Source: Pocillopora damicornis
Lineage: Eukaryota
Direction of reading: 5' to 3'
DNA length: 64,000 bases
Assembly (NCBI RefSeq): GCF_003704095.1
Contig: NW_020846078.1
Location: 248,001-312,000 of the forward strand
How positions within the stretch are numbered: the first letter of the stretch is position 1; the number at the start of each line of letters is the position of its first letter. A model generated the notes under the pieces. It did no database searches, was not told the DNA's origin, and saw nothing but the letters and a program-made list of their open reading frames with translations. The position numbers were made by a program, and so were the translations under genes. Positions 46,901 through 60,869 of the stretch are shown here, in pieces.

Positions 46901-49032
46901 GGTTTCTGAGCTATTGTTGGTAATGCTATTAATAAAGTTTGCATAAAAGCTACTGGATTTACTTTAATCCTGTCAAAGTATTTGCGTTTGTGATTTCTGT
47001 CATTAATTGCGTGCACCGAGTTTCAATTTTTCATAAATTCGTCTGCGTTTCGTTTGAGCCGATTCTTTTTCTCGACTCAAGATTCAACACTAATCGTATT
47101 TGAAGTCAAGAGCCAAAAATAATTTAACCCGCCGCAAAGGTTAGTTATGTTCATATCATAGATTTTCGTGCGCAGCCTGGATAGGGGAGAATCACAGTAA
47201 TCATTACCAGATAACACGCTTTCTTTAGCTCTTGCATGTATGTCGATCATGCCATAAATATTTGTCAAGGACCTTATCTTCGGTGTTTCCGATCAGGATG
47301 AATTTTGTAGACCGATCCGACGTCAAAGCCCATACACCTCCACCAGTTTTAGGCGTCATTCATGTGGGGAGAAGATTACGGAACACATAAGGACGTTTGA
47401 AACCAATTTTTCAAATGAAGCGGATGTACTGCAAGAGCTGCAAATGGCAAAGCTTTGTCGAATTTTCTGCACGTTATGATGCCACAAACAACTTTTGTAA
47501 GCCACTTCAGCTTTCATTTGGCAAGAGTGCTTTGATTTTGCTTTGCGTGTATCAAGTAATTTATCATCTTCTTGCGATCATCAAGTAATATTCAACGATC
47601 GGTAACCATTGATTGATAAAATCAATTTCTTTGAAGTACAGTTTTTGAGCAGTCTTATCTTTTAACTGCTTGAATTAAAAGCCTCGCAGCTTGACTTACC
47701 TGTTGACTCCTACTGAGAGTGCGGAATCTAGAGAAAAGCGAGCTGATGCAGATCAGTTTGGAGAAGGAAAAGATTTCAACACTGAGTGAGTCAGATTCGA
47801 AGTTCAAACTCTTTTTTTTTTTGTCGCTATTGCATTATTGTGATGTCCTTTTGTTCCCTCGCAAATTCATATTAAATCAAATTCCTCCTGTTTGTAGTCT
47901 GGCTTCAAAGACACATCGTCTGTTCAGTTTACATAAGCTCTGTGTTATGCCCGTCAAAATGGAAAAAATTAAGAGCCCAAATGTCAACATTCAAAGTTTA
48001 CTTTTCGCCGCACAGACCTAAAAGCAATCTGACATCGATGTTTGAAATGAGAACATATTATGGAGGAAGGGTTTGCCAAATTCACCTAACACCTTAAGTG
48101 TACGAGCACGGTGAAAGCATTCAAGTGTGAGAAAATAGGATACTGGGGTCGGAAAAGAAAACAAACAGTGCCTTTACATTTTAGATATTTACCAAGGTTC
48201 ATCATAACAGACTTGTCTTTACTGGAGTAAATATCTGTCTGACAGAGATCATGTTTAGTCTGATTTTGCATTGCTGGGACCTCGTCTGAAGAACAAGGAT
48301 ATCTTTTTGATTTTTCAGAGATGAAAATTTTCAACTAACTCATAATAAAGAGAGATTCGAACAGACTTCTTACTATAGTATTTCTCGCCTGAACCACTGT
48401 AATAAGGTTGAATTCACAAACAAGTGTGATAAGAAAGTAAATTGGTTTCTAAGCCTATTCATCTCGACAATAAGATTTCATCTCTATGCAATTTTTGATA
48501 GAATTATCATATTAGATTGATCTTTACCCTTTATTGCTGCAAGTGTTTAAAATTAAAAAGCCTTTTAAATCTCGTTGTTCCACCAAAAGCTTAATGTGAA
48601 TGTTTTCTGTCCCTTTATTGATAGCCATGGAGTGTTGACCTTAATTGATTTAGCAGTTTAAAATCAGTAATCAAAGAAAAGGTTTAAATTAGCTTTTAAG
48701 GTATTTTGAGCCTTTGGGGTTTCCGGAAACCAATTATTACCTAAGCTACGAAAGCACTTGTTGACCTCGAAGTCATTTCCATAGCTGATCAAAACAGAGA
48801 TTATCTCGTCGCAGGCTGAGCTTGTTCAAAGATAGAGAACGAGTAAAATGTCTTTGAGTATCTGGAGACTTTATTGAACGCAGTACGTTGAGGAAGTTGG
48901 TCCATTTTTCTAAGTTCCTTTCATTATCAATGTTTGTATTTATTCAGTTATGCAGATGAGGTTGACGTTTAGCTTTTGTTTCGCTTCTTGTTCACACAGG
49001 CGCATCAAAGGCACCGGTGGTAGGTATTCAAC

Positions 49033-50064
49033 ATGTCTGAGGCAGGAAATATCACAGGTGCTCCCCCTACTGGCATAAATCCTACGCCGAATAGCATCGT
49101 TGCAGCTGTTTTCGTCGGTATATTGATCTTGGTGACTCTATTTGGAAATGTTCTCGTCTGTATCAGTTTCTACACTTTTCCCAACCTCAGGACGATCTGT
49201 AACTATTTTATTGTTAGTTTAAGTGTGGCAGATATTTTGGTTGCTCTGCTTGCTATGCCGTTTTGGCTCATTGTTCAGCTCAACAATACACTGTGGCCAT
49301 GGCCTCGGTTAAAAGAGGGGTTGTATTTCTTCTGGAGCTTCATCGATATTTTCTGTGGTACAGCCTCCATTATGAATCTTACAGCGGTCAGTATCGATCG
49401 AATGTTGGCAATCGTGACACCTTTTAAGTATCCAAAGATATTAACTACGAAGAGGGTCTTAATTATCCTCGCACTGGTTTGGTTGTACTCAACGACCATC
49501 GCATGTCTACGACTGGCCAATTGGCAAAGCTACGGCCTTTTTGCGGCCTTTGCAAGTTTCTTTCTTCCCTTGTCACTTGTAATCGTGATGTACACTGTCA
49601 TCTTTATTGTTGTCAAAATCCAAGTGCACAGAATCGGATCAGCTGGAGGGAAGGAACACGCTAACGAGATGAAGGCAGCAAAGACCATCTTAGTTGTCAT
49701 TGGCGCTTTCGTCGTTTGCTGGCTTCCATTTTTCGTTATTGTGGTAGGCCATGCAACAGACAAAAACTTTACTTACCCCATGGAAGTTTACAACATGTTC
49801 AAGTGGATGGAATACTTAAATTCGTGTTTGAACCCTGTGATATACACTTGTATGAACCGCACATACAGGCGAGCATTCAAGCGACTCTTTAATCGGGTTT
49901 ATCTTGAGCAAACTGTAGGGAACAGCCGACGGGGTTCCTCTGTCAGTATGTACCTCAGTAGACGAGGATCTGCGATCAGTGGCTACATGAGCCAACGTAA
50001 GCATCGTGGATCTATCGCCCATACTGCTGTACCCAACATGGAGGCGATCGAAAGTGAAAGTTAA
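49033..50064 (+). CDS. Class A (rhodopsin-like) GPCR, biogenic amine receptor-like, 343 aa, single coding exon
   Basis: Seven hydrophobic helices. Motifs GN (TM1), SLSVAD...MP (TM2), DIFCGTASIMNL with Asp3.32, DRM, W4.50, FFLP, KAAKT, CWLPFF, NSCLNPVIY. Confidence 0.96.
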   Translation: MSEAGNITGAPPTGINPTPNSIVAAVFVGILILVTLFGNVLVCISFYTFPNLRTICNYFIVSLSVADILVALLAMPFWLIVQLNNTLWPWPRLKEGLYFFWSFIDIFCGTASIMNLTAVSIDRMLAIVTPFKYPKILTTKRVLIILALVWLYSTTIACLRLANWQSYGLFAAFASFFLPLSLVIVMYTVIFIVVKIQVHRIGSAGGKEHANEMKAAKTILVVIGAFVVCWLPFFVIVVGHATDKNFTYPMEVYNMFKWMEYLNSCLNPVIYTCMNRTYRRAFKRLFNRVYLEQTVGNSRRGSSVSMYLSRRGSAISGYMSQRKHRGSIAHTAVPNMEAIESES

Positions 50065-51821
50065 TGGCATAATTTTTTCTTGGTCTCCTGGTCTTAACGG
50101 TGGAAAGATGAACTACGTGTAAATATTTCCGAAAAAAATTCAGCAGTAGCGCTTTTCATAAAAAAAATTTCCTGTGTTAAATTTAACCATAGTTAACTTC
50201 TTCTGTAAACAAACCTCTTCAAATATTAACTACCAAATGGAGTCGCGACATTTGAGAGAAATGAGCTTTATTCGACGAAAGTGAAAAATAATTCAGTGGG
50301 AAATTGCATAATGACCACCACATTCACAAATTTGTATGCGGTGCAGACTCCAAAAGGCTTTAGTTGTAAGCAGAAGACCACGAACAATGCTAAACGCGCG
50401 AACAATTGGACTTTGTTTACGAATACCAAAGAAAAGAAAAGAGTTACTGCTCTGGCTACCATAAGGAATGTGACAACTAGAGTATCCAAAATTTAAGATG
50501 GAATCTACGATATAATGTGACAGTAGAAGGATAGGATAGAAGTCTTGTGGGTAAATTAGAACATAGTTGTTGACCATAATCGCAGAATTCTCTTAAATTA
50601 ATTTTGTAGAAATGTGAGGTTATTACACCTCCTCCTACTCCTCCCATCCACAATCACAGATTTTCCGTGTAAAAGCGAGCTAAACTTGGGTTGGCCGATC
50701 CTTTTTAGAAGCCGAAAATAAGAACAGTTTTCATTTTAAATCAAATCAATGGTGTACTGTTGAGCAATTCGACAGGAAGTTGTTTAACAACAAATTAATC
50801 GGCCTGATCATTAATTAATTTTGCCTTAAGGCTTATCAAGTACTTGTCACCTTATTGTTTTACATGAATAAACAGATTATCAAGGGCAATTTTTAACGTC
50901 TCTTTTCCAGTGTTGAATTTGAAGTAACCAATTCACACATTTATGCAAGGATTCCTCCTGGCTCCATTTTGAAAACTACGATTGTTCGAAAGGTCTTTCA
51001 GTTTCGAAGCTAGCTTCCTTTCGCACCTCCTGTCGCAGGAGGGCGCAATTAAAACTGAGTGGAAGATGCAAATAACAGATCTACCTTAAATGAAATGCAT
51101 AAATGGTGTGTTGAGCTTACTCCTAAACAATCACACCGTATAAACAGTGTGCCAATTATACTGCTAACCAGGTCTACCTTCTAATCTTAGTTCTCACTCT
51201 GGTTATTCAATTCTTGCTCAGCTGGGATTTTCATTTAAGGGGTTAGTATCCTACGTTTTAGATATCAGCCCTTACTATTGAAAGTTGAGTAAAGAATAGT
51301 CGCTCTTAACAGTCGATAATTTATGCACATTTACGTTGCTAATTTCCTAGGCTATAGACGAAGGCCAAAGGCTAAGGATTACTGAGAACCTCGCTTATAT
51401 GCACGAAGAAACTTCGAGCTTGGTGAGAGTTATGTTCTACCTTAGATGTATTTGCAGTTGCAAACTCGTGACCAGGACTCAAACCTTTAAAATCAGAAGC
51501 AACTATGTAGCTTTCCCTTTTTTTTGGAATGTCTAACGGGAAACAGATGATGAGAGCAGAAAACCCGCTATGTCCCAAAGGGTGTTATGTGGAACAGTTC
51601 TACATTCATGAAACTATGTCAACTACTAGGAAAGATCTCTGATCAGATCCTAATAGTTAAAGTTTTGACGATGAAATCCCAGTACATCGCTTGGGTTCTA
51701 GTCAGAAGAGTAACGGGCCAAGTTCAGATAAACATCTGCGGTAGATCGATGTTCTTATTCTCTCTAAAGAATAGTCTGGCTGGCGTCCATCGGGTCACCT
51801 CATAGAACTTTACAATATCAT

Positions 51822-52112
51822 TTCTTTTATAATAAAGCACGTGAAAATATTACGCGCTTCTGGTTGGCTTACAACGAATGCATTCTCATTAACACGTGTG
51901 TAAAGTTTTGACACAAATGCAAATTACAAATTGCGCGCGCACGCTTTCAAAATTTCGTCTGTCTTGACTTTCTGTAAAGTTCTTTTATGTATATTATTAA
52001 CAAGTAAAGACATGATTTCGAGTGCTATTTGGTGTTAATATGGAGTTGAAAAATTTACTCGTGCTTATTAACAGCAAATTGCACTCGAAATCATGTTATT
52101 ACCTATACTAAT
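51822..52112. repeat. Interspersed repeat between the convergent GPCR and sulfatase 3' ends
   Basis: Contains the inverted pair catgatttcgagtgctatttggtgttaata / tattaacagcaaattgcactcgaaatcatg and ends ttattacctatactaa. Confidence 0.6.
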
Positions 52113-52302
52113 ATTTTGTTACAATCGTGTATACAATAGTATAATGTTTTTTGAGTACTCTTGATGAAGCAGGGTAATGAACAACGTCCATGAAAGCCGT
52201 CTGTGACTCCAACATGTGGATACTGAGGATTCAAATGTTACACGTCTCCGTCTGCAACCAGACTTCATTGACTATGAAAATATATCTCTTCATTTCACTG
52301 AT

Positions 52303-55300
52303 TTACAGGGTTTGATTGGAGTATACCATGCGATGTAAACCAAGCTGGACCTGTTTTGCATGCACTTCTTTACAAGCACTCTTTGCAGAAAAGTACTCCG
52401 ACTTATCTCTGAGAACTTCCCAGGGACCCCAAAAACTATTAAAATTTTTTGGATCTGCTTTCGGGCTGATCATTGGATAAACAACTGGCAGCGCCGTGCT
52501 GCGGTAGTAGTTAAGCCTCTCTTCCAACTCCTGAACCTTGTGTGGATAGACATCTGACACATCTCTGTATTCACAAGGGTCTGAAAAACGAGAATAAATA
52601 CCACCTCAAAGGTTTACCGAAAAGGGATAGAAATAGGTTTCGATTTAAAGCTGTAACTTGTGATCCTTGAGGCGTTCATTGTGCCGGAGTGGGGTTAAGG
52701 GTCAAGAAACTTGTCAGACTGGGTTGGGGAGGGGGGAGGGAAGAGAAGTCCACCGAGGCCGTGCTACCCTCTGAAATCATTCTGTTCTTGTTACTATAAG
52801 TAAACAAAAGCGTTTGATAACTTAACTGGTTTAAGACACACTCCCTTGAAGAGTGTGATTAGTTTGTTATTTCAGAACATTCACTTAAAATTATCATATT
52901 TGATTGGTTCTCGCAAAAAAACGACCTTTTAAAATTGGTGCTCTTAATGACGATGAACCAGAATTGCGTTCCACACCCTCCCCTCCCCGCCGTAACTATC
53001 GCCTCTTTTGGCGGGAGTTCTAAGTAAGCCGCGGTGACAAGCCGCGGTGACCAGCCGCGGTAGTTTTTCAAACCTGCGAGAGACTTGGAACACATTGCTA
53101 ATGCAAGCTCTACCTCAAAGTTTTTGTTGAGTGGAACTTGGCTTTTTAATTCACTGTCACATTCTGGTTGCCTTGCTTAAGATCTAATTGAGGACTGTTC
53201 TTGCTCTTGCTAAGCATATTATTATTGTTGTCGAGTTGACGACTATTTTGTGAACGCTCGCTTGATTTCATAATGGACTTCAATTCAGAGCAGGCGTCTG
53301 CCGGCCCGCTGAGAAAGGTTAGAGTTTGTTTAAAAACGTAGCTATCATTGCGAAGAACGATACATCAGTTGAATATATATTTACATTTAAGCCTTTGAAA
53401 ATGAATCAAGATTCATTATTTATATCCCACTTTGCTACATGCTTATGTCCAAATTCACGACACGGGCAAATGTAGTTTTTTTCATTTCACCCACTGATTC
53501 TGGCCAATAATTTTGTCCTGTTTTCTTTACAACTCAGTGAAGTCAATGTGTGGCAATATTTGAACTTCTTTAGTTATATCATGATCAACCAGCAGTCGGC
53601 AACCGTTTGACCTTTATGCTAATACTTGTATTTACAAATTAGTATCATGGGTTACTAAGGGTTTTTCGCAAGTATAATTATGTAAACATCTTTGAGACGT
53701 TTTAGATTCGAGCGCATTTTTTTGCAATATTTTATTAAGGTATAGGAGGACATTTGCTGTTTACATATCCTCGTATAATAACACTCAAGAAGATGGGGAA
53801 TTCTCAAAAGCTATTCAAACCCGTGACTTTGTCATGGCTTTGCATAGCCATCCGCCATTGATTCGGCCAATCACCCTTGGGTTAAGATGAGGCACTCACC
53901 ATGTAAACGTGGAAAAAGTTCAGCATCACTTAACCCTTTTACTGCTTAGATTTGATTGTTAAATCTCAGCCCTCTAGCTGCTTCACATTTCCTTGCATAT
54001 TAGTAACAAGAATTTGGTGTTACATCAATATAGCAACTTCTACATGATAAGTTTGAGCATTCTCATCATTTTTCTACTTGATAATCATTGGATATTATAA
54101 GATGAAGATACATGTTAGTCACCTCTGGTAGTTAAAGGGTTGAATCTGATGTTCAGGCATTCACTATGTAAACTTGGAACAAGTTCAGTATTGGTTGAAG
54201 TTCACCCTTTAACCTGTTAACTCCCAAGATCTCATTAGTAATTCTTCTTACTGTCTGCTATACAATTCATATGATTCTAATTTGGAGAATTTGGTATTGG
54301 ATCAACCAATAATCCCTTAATTGATATTTTCTTTATTCTCATTACTTGTCTGCTTGATATTGTACTGATAGTGTAAGGATAAATTCTGTCTAGGTCACTA
54401 GTGGGACTTAAAGGGTTAACTGCTTAGATTTGATTGTTAAATCTCAGCCCTCTTAAGCTGCTACACATGTCCTAGTAAATTAGTAACAAGAATTTGGTGT
54501 TACATCAAGATAGCAACTTCCACATGATAAGTTTGAGCATTCTCATTATTTTTTTTTTCTGGATGATCTTTGGATATTATTGGATGCATTAAGAGACATG
54601 TTAGTCACCTTTTGGGGTTAAAGTATGAAATGTAATGTAAAAGCAATGTAGAAATGTAAATGTAAATTGTCATTGTCGGTGCCCCATATTTAACCAGGTG
54701 GTTTTTCAGTGAAAACCCCATCAGAACAAAAAAATTAAGGAAATGACACAAATAAGTGGTCAAACATTTTAAGCAGAAATATAATTTGATGGGCAACATT
54801 CTAGTTTGGGGTAAAACAACAGTTCATATGCGAATGTCATTCAGTATGGGAGTGGCACTGCAAGTAACATTCTTAAATCATTATTATAATGAGAAACTAT
54901 AAAACATTGAAAGCATAAGTATTGCAATAGCCTGAATTTCATTTTATGAAGGATAGCCTCCTTTTGGTGCAAATATGCACCAATATTTTTCTAAGGAAAA
55001 CTTAGAGCTTCAAGAAACATATAATTTTCAAGGACAAATATACAAAGTGGAAAATATTTGGTCATGTGATACATTTAGATCAATTACACACAAGCAGAAA
55101 TGGTTGGTGGTTTATAACTCAGTACATAAATTATATAGTTATGTATTATACATGTACACTTTTTTTCCTAGCTTGTGGCTAATTGTGGAAACTCATCTTT
55201 GAGAGAATTTTCACAGTCTGTTTTCAGTTTTCTCCACCAAGTGGATGTGATTCTACCCTTTTGTGTTAGTTGATTATCTCATTTGCAATAAAATCCTTGC

Positions 55301-58300
55301 TTTGAGATCTGTGTTAGGATATGAGACTATTCAATGATTTGTAAAGGAGGTGAGAAAGAGGTTTCTGGGAAAAAAGGAAAAAAGGAAAAAAGGAAGCTGG
55401 CCAAAGGAGTAAATTCTCTTTTGGTTTGTGTAATAGGTATATCTTAAAAAGCTCAGTTTAATATTTTTAACTCAGACTCTTTTTTAGGGAGACAGATTGA
55501 TTTTAGCATCTCTTCATCTTTCTCTTAGATAGATTAACCAATATTGGTAATATTAATTTACAGTGATGTATTTTCAGAAGCCACTTATCTGAGAGTGCAT
55601 GAACTTTCTAACTGACTTTTTCCTCAACCTATGCATATTTTTGTGGGAAAAAAGTTAAAAAAAATTAAGGCCTCTCTTTTGCTATATTTGGTGAAAAAAA
55701 CTATAGGACAGGTTCTCTGGTTCACAACTCAAAGTGAATATTGTCAGTGAAAATATTCATATTCATTCATTGTGGCAGGTGTGATTTTATCTAATTTGAC
55801 AATAAGAGAATCTGTGATTTTCTTAGTGATAGGCATACACTAAGAGTAGGTATACAGCTTTGAATACAAAAGATTAAAAAAAGGGAAGAGATTATTTAAT
55901 TGTTTTGTGTTTTTTTTGTGGGTGATGATAATACTTGGTTGTGTTGATTATGAAAGACAAGCCTTATTAAGTTTACTTCAAGTTCTTCATCTTTACCTCA
56001 TTACATGACCAGCTCCAAAAGGGAACTTATTTCCATGCCAAAAAAAAAAAATTTCACTGTAGGGTTCCCCAAAGAGTGGGCAATGAAAGTCAGGTAGTAT
56101 ACTTACCTTGTGCTTAATCTATGGTGACTAAAAATGCAAGGGAAGTACATTTAATTCATATGAGCAATATTGATTGATGTCCACATCAACCACTCTCATC
56201 TTAGGAAAAAGGATCAATATTCTCTTAGTTATTTTAAGATGTTTATCATGCAAGAGATAATGCTTACGTGAGCATGATTTAGGTTCTTGTCTCGAGATTT
56301 TTAGTCATGTCGTCGGTGAGATCAAAAGAAGAAACATCAGGATTACACACTGCAAACAGGTTGTAAAATGTTTATCACTCAAATAGCGGTGTTCGACTAT
56401 GCTGTCAACTAGACATCTATTCCTTTTTTGCTTGATTCTCTGAACTTTTCGACTCTTTCAGCAACAGAGTTTTCAACATGACCGAGGGAAGGAAGGGGGT
56501 AATTTTTAGTGTCTTTTGTTTCTGTTTGCCTTTTTTCATCTGTTTGTATAAACAAGGTTCTATTAACCGGAAATAAGTATTTCTTGAAATCGTAGATCAC
56601 AAATACATATGCATTTGTAAATCTTTTGAAAGCCACGCATGTTTTACACAATGTAGTAGCGGGCGTCTTAATCAAAATTAGTTCGTTGGTTAATTGCCAT
56701 TGTTTTCTTACCGCTTTCAAGGTCAAAAAGACAAGCTTTGTGATGCTTTGAGTCGCACATGCCTTTGCCATTCGTCCACGGGCCACAGTGGATTTCTGCT
56801 CCAGGAAGTGTTGGATTTGCCTCCCAGGGAGGAGGATGTTCCGTCGGGTACCTCGCGTGCCATCCTAACTGGTACGTGTCATCCATCCCAACCACAAGTT
56901 TGAATTTGCCTTTGCGGATGGCTTCAAAATTTCGTCTGTGCGTAATAATGATCAAGGTGAGAATATTGGAGCTTAGACGGTAAACAAGTTAAAATGATTA
57001 TGGGTCGTGCTGTATGAAATTGTAATTATATAACTGATTGGTCCACATCCCAGAAAATCGGGTAATTGAGAAGCACGCTCAACAAACCCGGCTGTCGGCC
57101 GACAAACAGCCGACATTCGTTTGAGGGGAGCTGTTCACAGTTACCGAGAATCGAGTTTTTGATCCAGTTTTGCTCACTTTTTTATCACAAATTGTTCACC
57201 TTTAGCTCTACGGTAGCAACGTATGAGGCGACTCGCCTTATCTGTTGCTATCGAAGATCTGAGCAACTTATCTTCTCTGAGAGAATACGAAGGTCTGTTA
57301 AAACACTTAGGTTAGAAAATTGCTGTTCGATCGCCGATTTATCCGTCGAGAAAAAACGTGATTATTCGATGGGAATAATCATGACTCCCGACAAACATTG
57401 TGGAATGGATTGGTAGAGTATGAGCACTGCTTTAAACAACATGTGAACTGCCCAACAGTCATCAAGGCTATACTGTTTGTTTTGTTGTTTTTAACGACGC
57501 GCTATGTAGAGGATTATTTGCAGAATGCCAGTCTATCGCTGCTTCGCCGTTTATTGTACTGAAAAGGTAGAGACATTGTCATTTTGGTCCAAAACACAAC
57601 ACAATGAGCCCGCGCAGCGAACAGTGCTGGAACCCAATACTATTCTCTGTGAATTTCCTTTAGTATTTACAAGGTGAATTTGTTTAGCCATCAAGAACTT
57701 CTTCTGTTCGTAATAATTTCCTTTATTCTCGTGATCTAAATGTTTTTTTTTCTGGGCAACACTGAGAAGAAGTTAGATGCGTATCACCCTTAAGGGTTAA
57801 CGGGTCAAAATCGTAAGAAACTGTTATGTTTTGCCAATTGAACCTCTCTGTCATTCTCTTTTCGTAAGCTGATTGACCTCAGAGGTTTTTGCGATGAATA
57901 GAATGATTCCGGCACCCAACTCTCATGCCTCTATTTGCAACTTAGCTGATCGCGCGCTATTATTATGTTGCTCTGACCACGTTGCAGTTCACTGATCCTG
58001 ACACTAATGGTCAAGTGTAAACTTAACTTTTCACCCATACTGCAACAGCACAAGTCAATCAGCTATTGGAAGTGAATGGTGTCCGACCTGCCACAATTTT
58101 TTTTAAGCCAAATCAAATCCCGTATGGGCCTGAATTTTTCCAGGTCTTATTTAAACTACTAGTTCAGTTGTGTTCTTAGCTGCGAGGATCTCTTATATTC
58201 GTTTCTTCACCGCAGTGCACATATATGAATTTCATATATCTAAAATCATTATATTCGTACTTATTGTTAAAATAAGGAAATGTCTAAGGCTTACCTGGGG

Positions 58301-60838
58301 TCTATATTATGCAACACTTCATCCCGAGGTGATGGTGCGTCGTTCGATATCGTCTCCCAAACGTTCTTTCCGTCAGTCCTGGCCGATATAAGCTCTGCAT
58401 CACCTCCCCCTAAGTGGTATAGAGTCGCTGCCCAGTCTGTTGCATCAATCAGTCCGGTGCAAACACGGTTTTTCTGCTTGATGAGATCATTAGCAGTGTA
58501 GACAAAACCAACACCTTTCACCCCACCCTCCCACAGGGTGTCTTTGCCTGCCCGGAAGGGGAAGTTTGAGCCAGCATTCCTATTCCAGAAACAAAATCTG
58601 CCAGTTGACAAGGAACCGAACGTAGTAATAGCTAACAACTAATTCTTATTTGAAATTACACGTGATGGTTTGAAATGTTTGACATTAAGAGAAAAGAAAT
58701 CTACCACGAACTCAATTCATGGACTCCATACACTGTCACTTCGATTACCGGTCACTTTTCCGACATGTCAACACGCCTACATTTCAACTTGCAGACAACC
58801 AACTCGCCAACACCACTTGTCAACTTGCCACCTCAGGTTAACTCGCAAACACCAGTGGTCAACTCACCGACGTCAATTTGCCGACAACTTTGGTCAACTC
58901 GCCGACACAAATCTTTGTTTACTCGATTTGTGACGCTAAAGAACTGTTATGTCCTCTTTGAAAACGGAGCTAATATTAATTTACATTCGATTTGATAATT
59001 GTTGTAAATTTTCTTTTAATTGTCCAATGTCGGGTTCAAAGAATATCAAATGTTTAAAACTTTTTGCGAACCACACCAGTAGTAATGATTAGTGGATGTA
59101 ATTACCAGTTGAATCCATAAGGAGCTCCACCGTTGTCAGTGGTGAATATGATGACAGAATCCTGTAGCATTCCTTTATCTGCGAGTGCCTGCTTCACTGC
59201 TCCAACCGATTCGTCCAATGATGTTACCATGGCAGCGTATTTTTGTCTTCTTTTGTCTTTTATAAAACTGAATTTCTTAGGAAAGACCGTAAATAACTGA
59301 TCATTGAAACAAATTTTATGATAGATGTATTAATATTAATCATTAAAAATTGAGAGAATACCCATTAAATTTTATTCCCTAAAACTAATAATATTAAATA
59401 AGGACAACTTAAGCTGATTTAGTGCCGGTATGGTGTTTTTTTTCTGATGGACCTAAATAGACTTCACATATTTGGTTAAAGATGCAACGTATAATAGTCT
59501 GGTGAATAAAAATAAACCTATAGACATTGTGTCTATAGGATAAAAACCTTGTTTAAAATTAATTTTAGTATGCTCGAATCAGATGATGTCTACGTTTAAT
59601 GAATCAAATTAGTATTTAGCTGGTTCTATTACCTCAATAAGATGTTTTGGTGCCTGCAAAGGATCGTTCTTATTGGCTGAATGCGCTGCTTGGTGAGCGA
59701 GGTACAAAAACATTGGTTTAGAATTGTCGTGAGCATTGATCTTTTTTATGGCCTCATGGGTAAAGAGATCCGTGGCGTAGACTCCATCTCTTCTGATTGG
59801 CTGGAGCATGATAGAATAATGACAGTTAAAGTGTAGTGACAAAAATCTACTTATTAGGATCGGAAGATATCAAAATCTTTCTTACTGTTTTTGCCACTGC
59901 CTCTTGGTTTTACATAAGCTAAAATGGTTAGCATTCAGTGGGAAATTAGAGTGGCATGTAGAGGAGAACGATCTATTTTTCGTTTGACTTTTTTATTTCT
60001 GTTCAAGTCGTATACTTTGCCTTTGCCTACCTTCTCGTTATCTCGAAGATCATAGCCCCAGTAATCCTCAAAAGAGCTGTGATCCCAGTAATCCTCTTTC
60101 GCACCCAAGAATCCGAAGAAAGAGTCGAAGCCTCGGTACAAAGGTGTATACTCCTTAGTGAAATATCCAAGATGCCACTGTAACGAAAAAGAAAGTTAGG
60201 CCTCACTTCTTATCACCCACCATTCTCTTATCTTTCAAGTACTAGATGAGTTCAAAGCGAGCAGAACATAGAACTGTCGTAAATAATTTAAATGTCGTGT
60301 AAAGTTTATGGTACAAGCTTATTTGAGCTGTACCCTGCGTGTTCATTACACAACTAGAACGCCCAATCAATTAAGTTTGACACGTGTATGCTGTGCACTT
60401 GCGTACTTTTCCAACCGCGTGAGTCTGGTAACCCAGGGATTTGAGATACTGCGCTGTCGTTATTTCCTTCAGCGGAAGACCATAAGGCTGTGCGGCGAAG
60501 ATAACGAAATGTTGAATACCTAATGACGAGGGAAGAGACATTTCCATGAGCTTTGATTCCCAAAATTATTTTTAACGCTAACTCAGTTTTTTTTTTTGGA
60601 TGAAGCGACTGTCTTGTCTGATCTAGATCTAAATTATACTTACTATAAGGATCCACAGTTACTTGTTAACAAACACGTGTTATGATAAACTTTGTTTGCA
60701 AAGTCGCAAAAGACATAACATCACCTTGCTCCTGTAGTTGTCAATTTATCTATGACCTTACTTTTAATCTATCATGCATCATTTTACATTATTCTGTATT
60801 GCTTTGATTCATACGTTTTGCAAATCAGTCAGTTATGT

Positions 60839-60869
<31 letters not shown>

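Noticed and set aside
49275-50070. Antisense and alternate-frame ORFs over the GPCR
   Set aside because: Shadow ORFs of a real CDS with no independent support.
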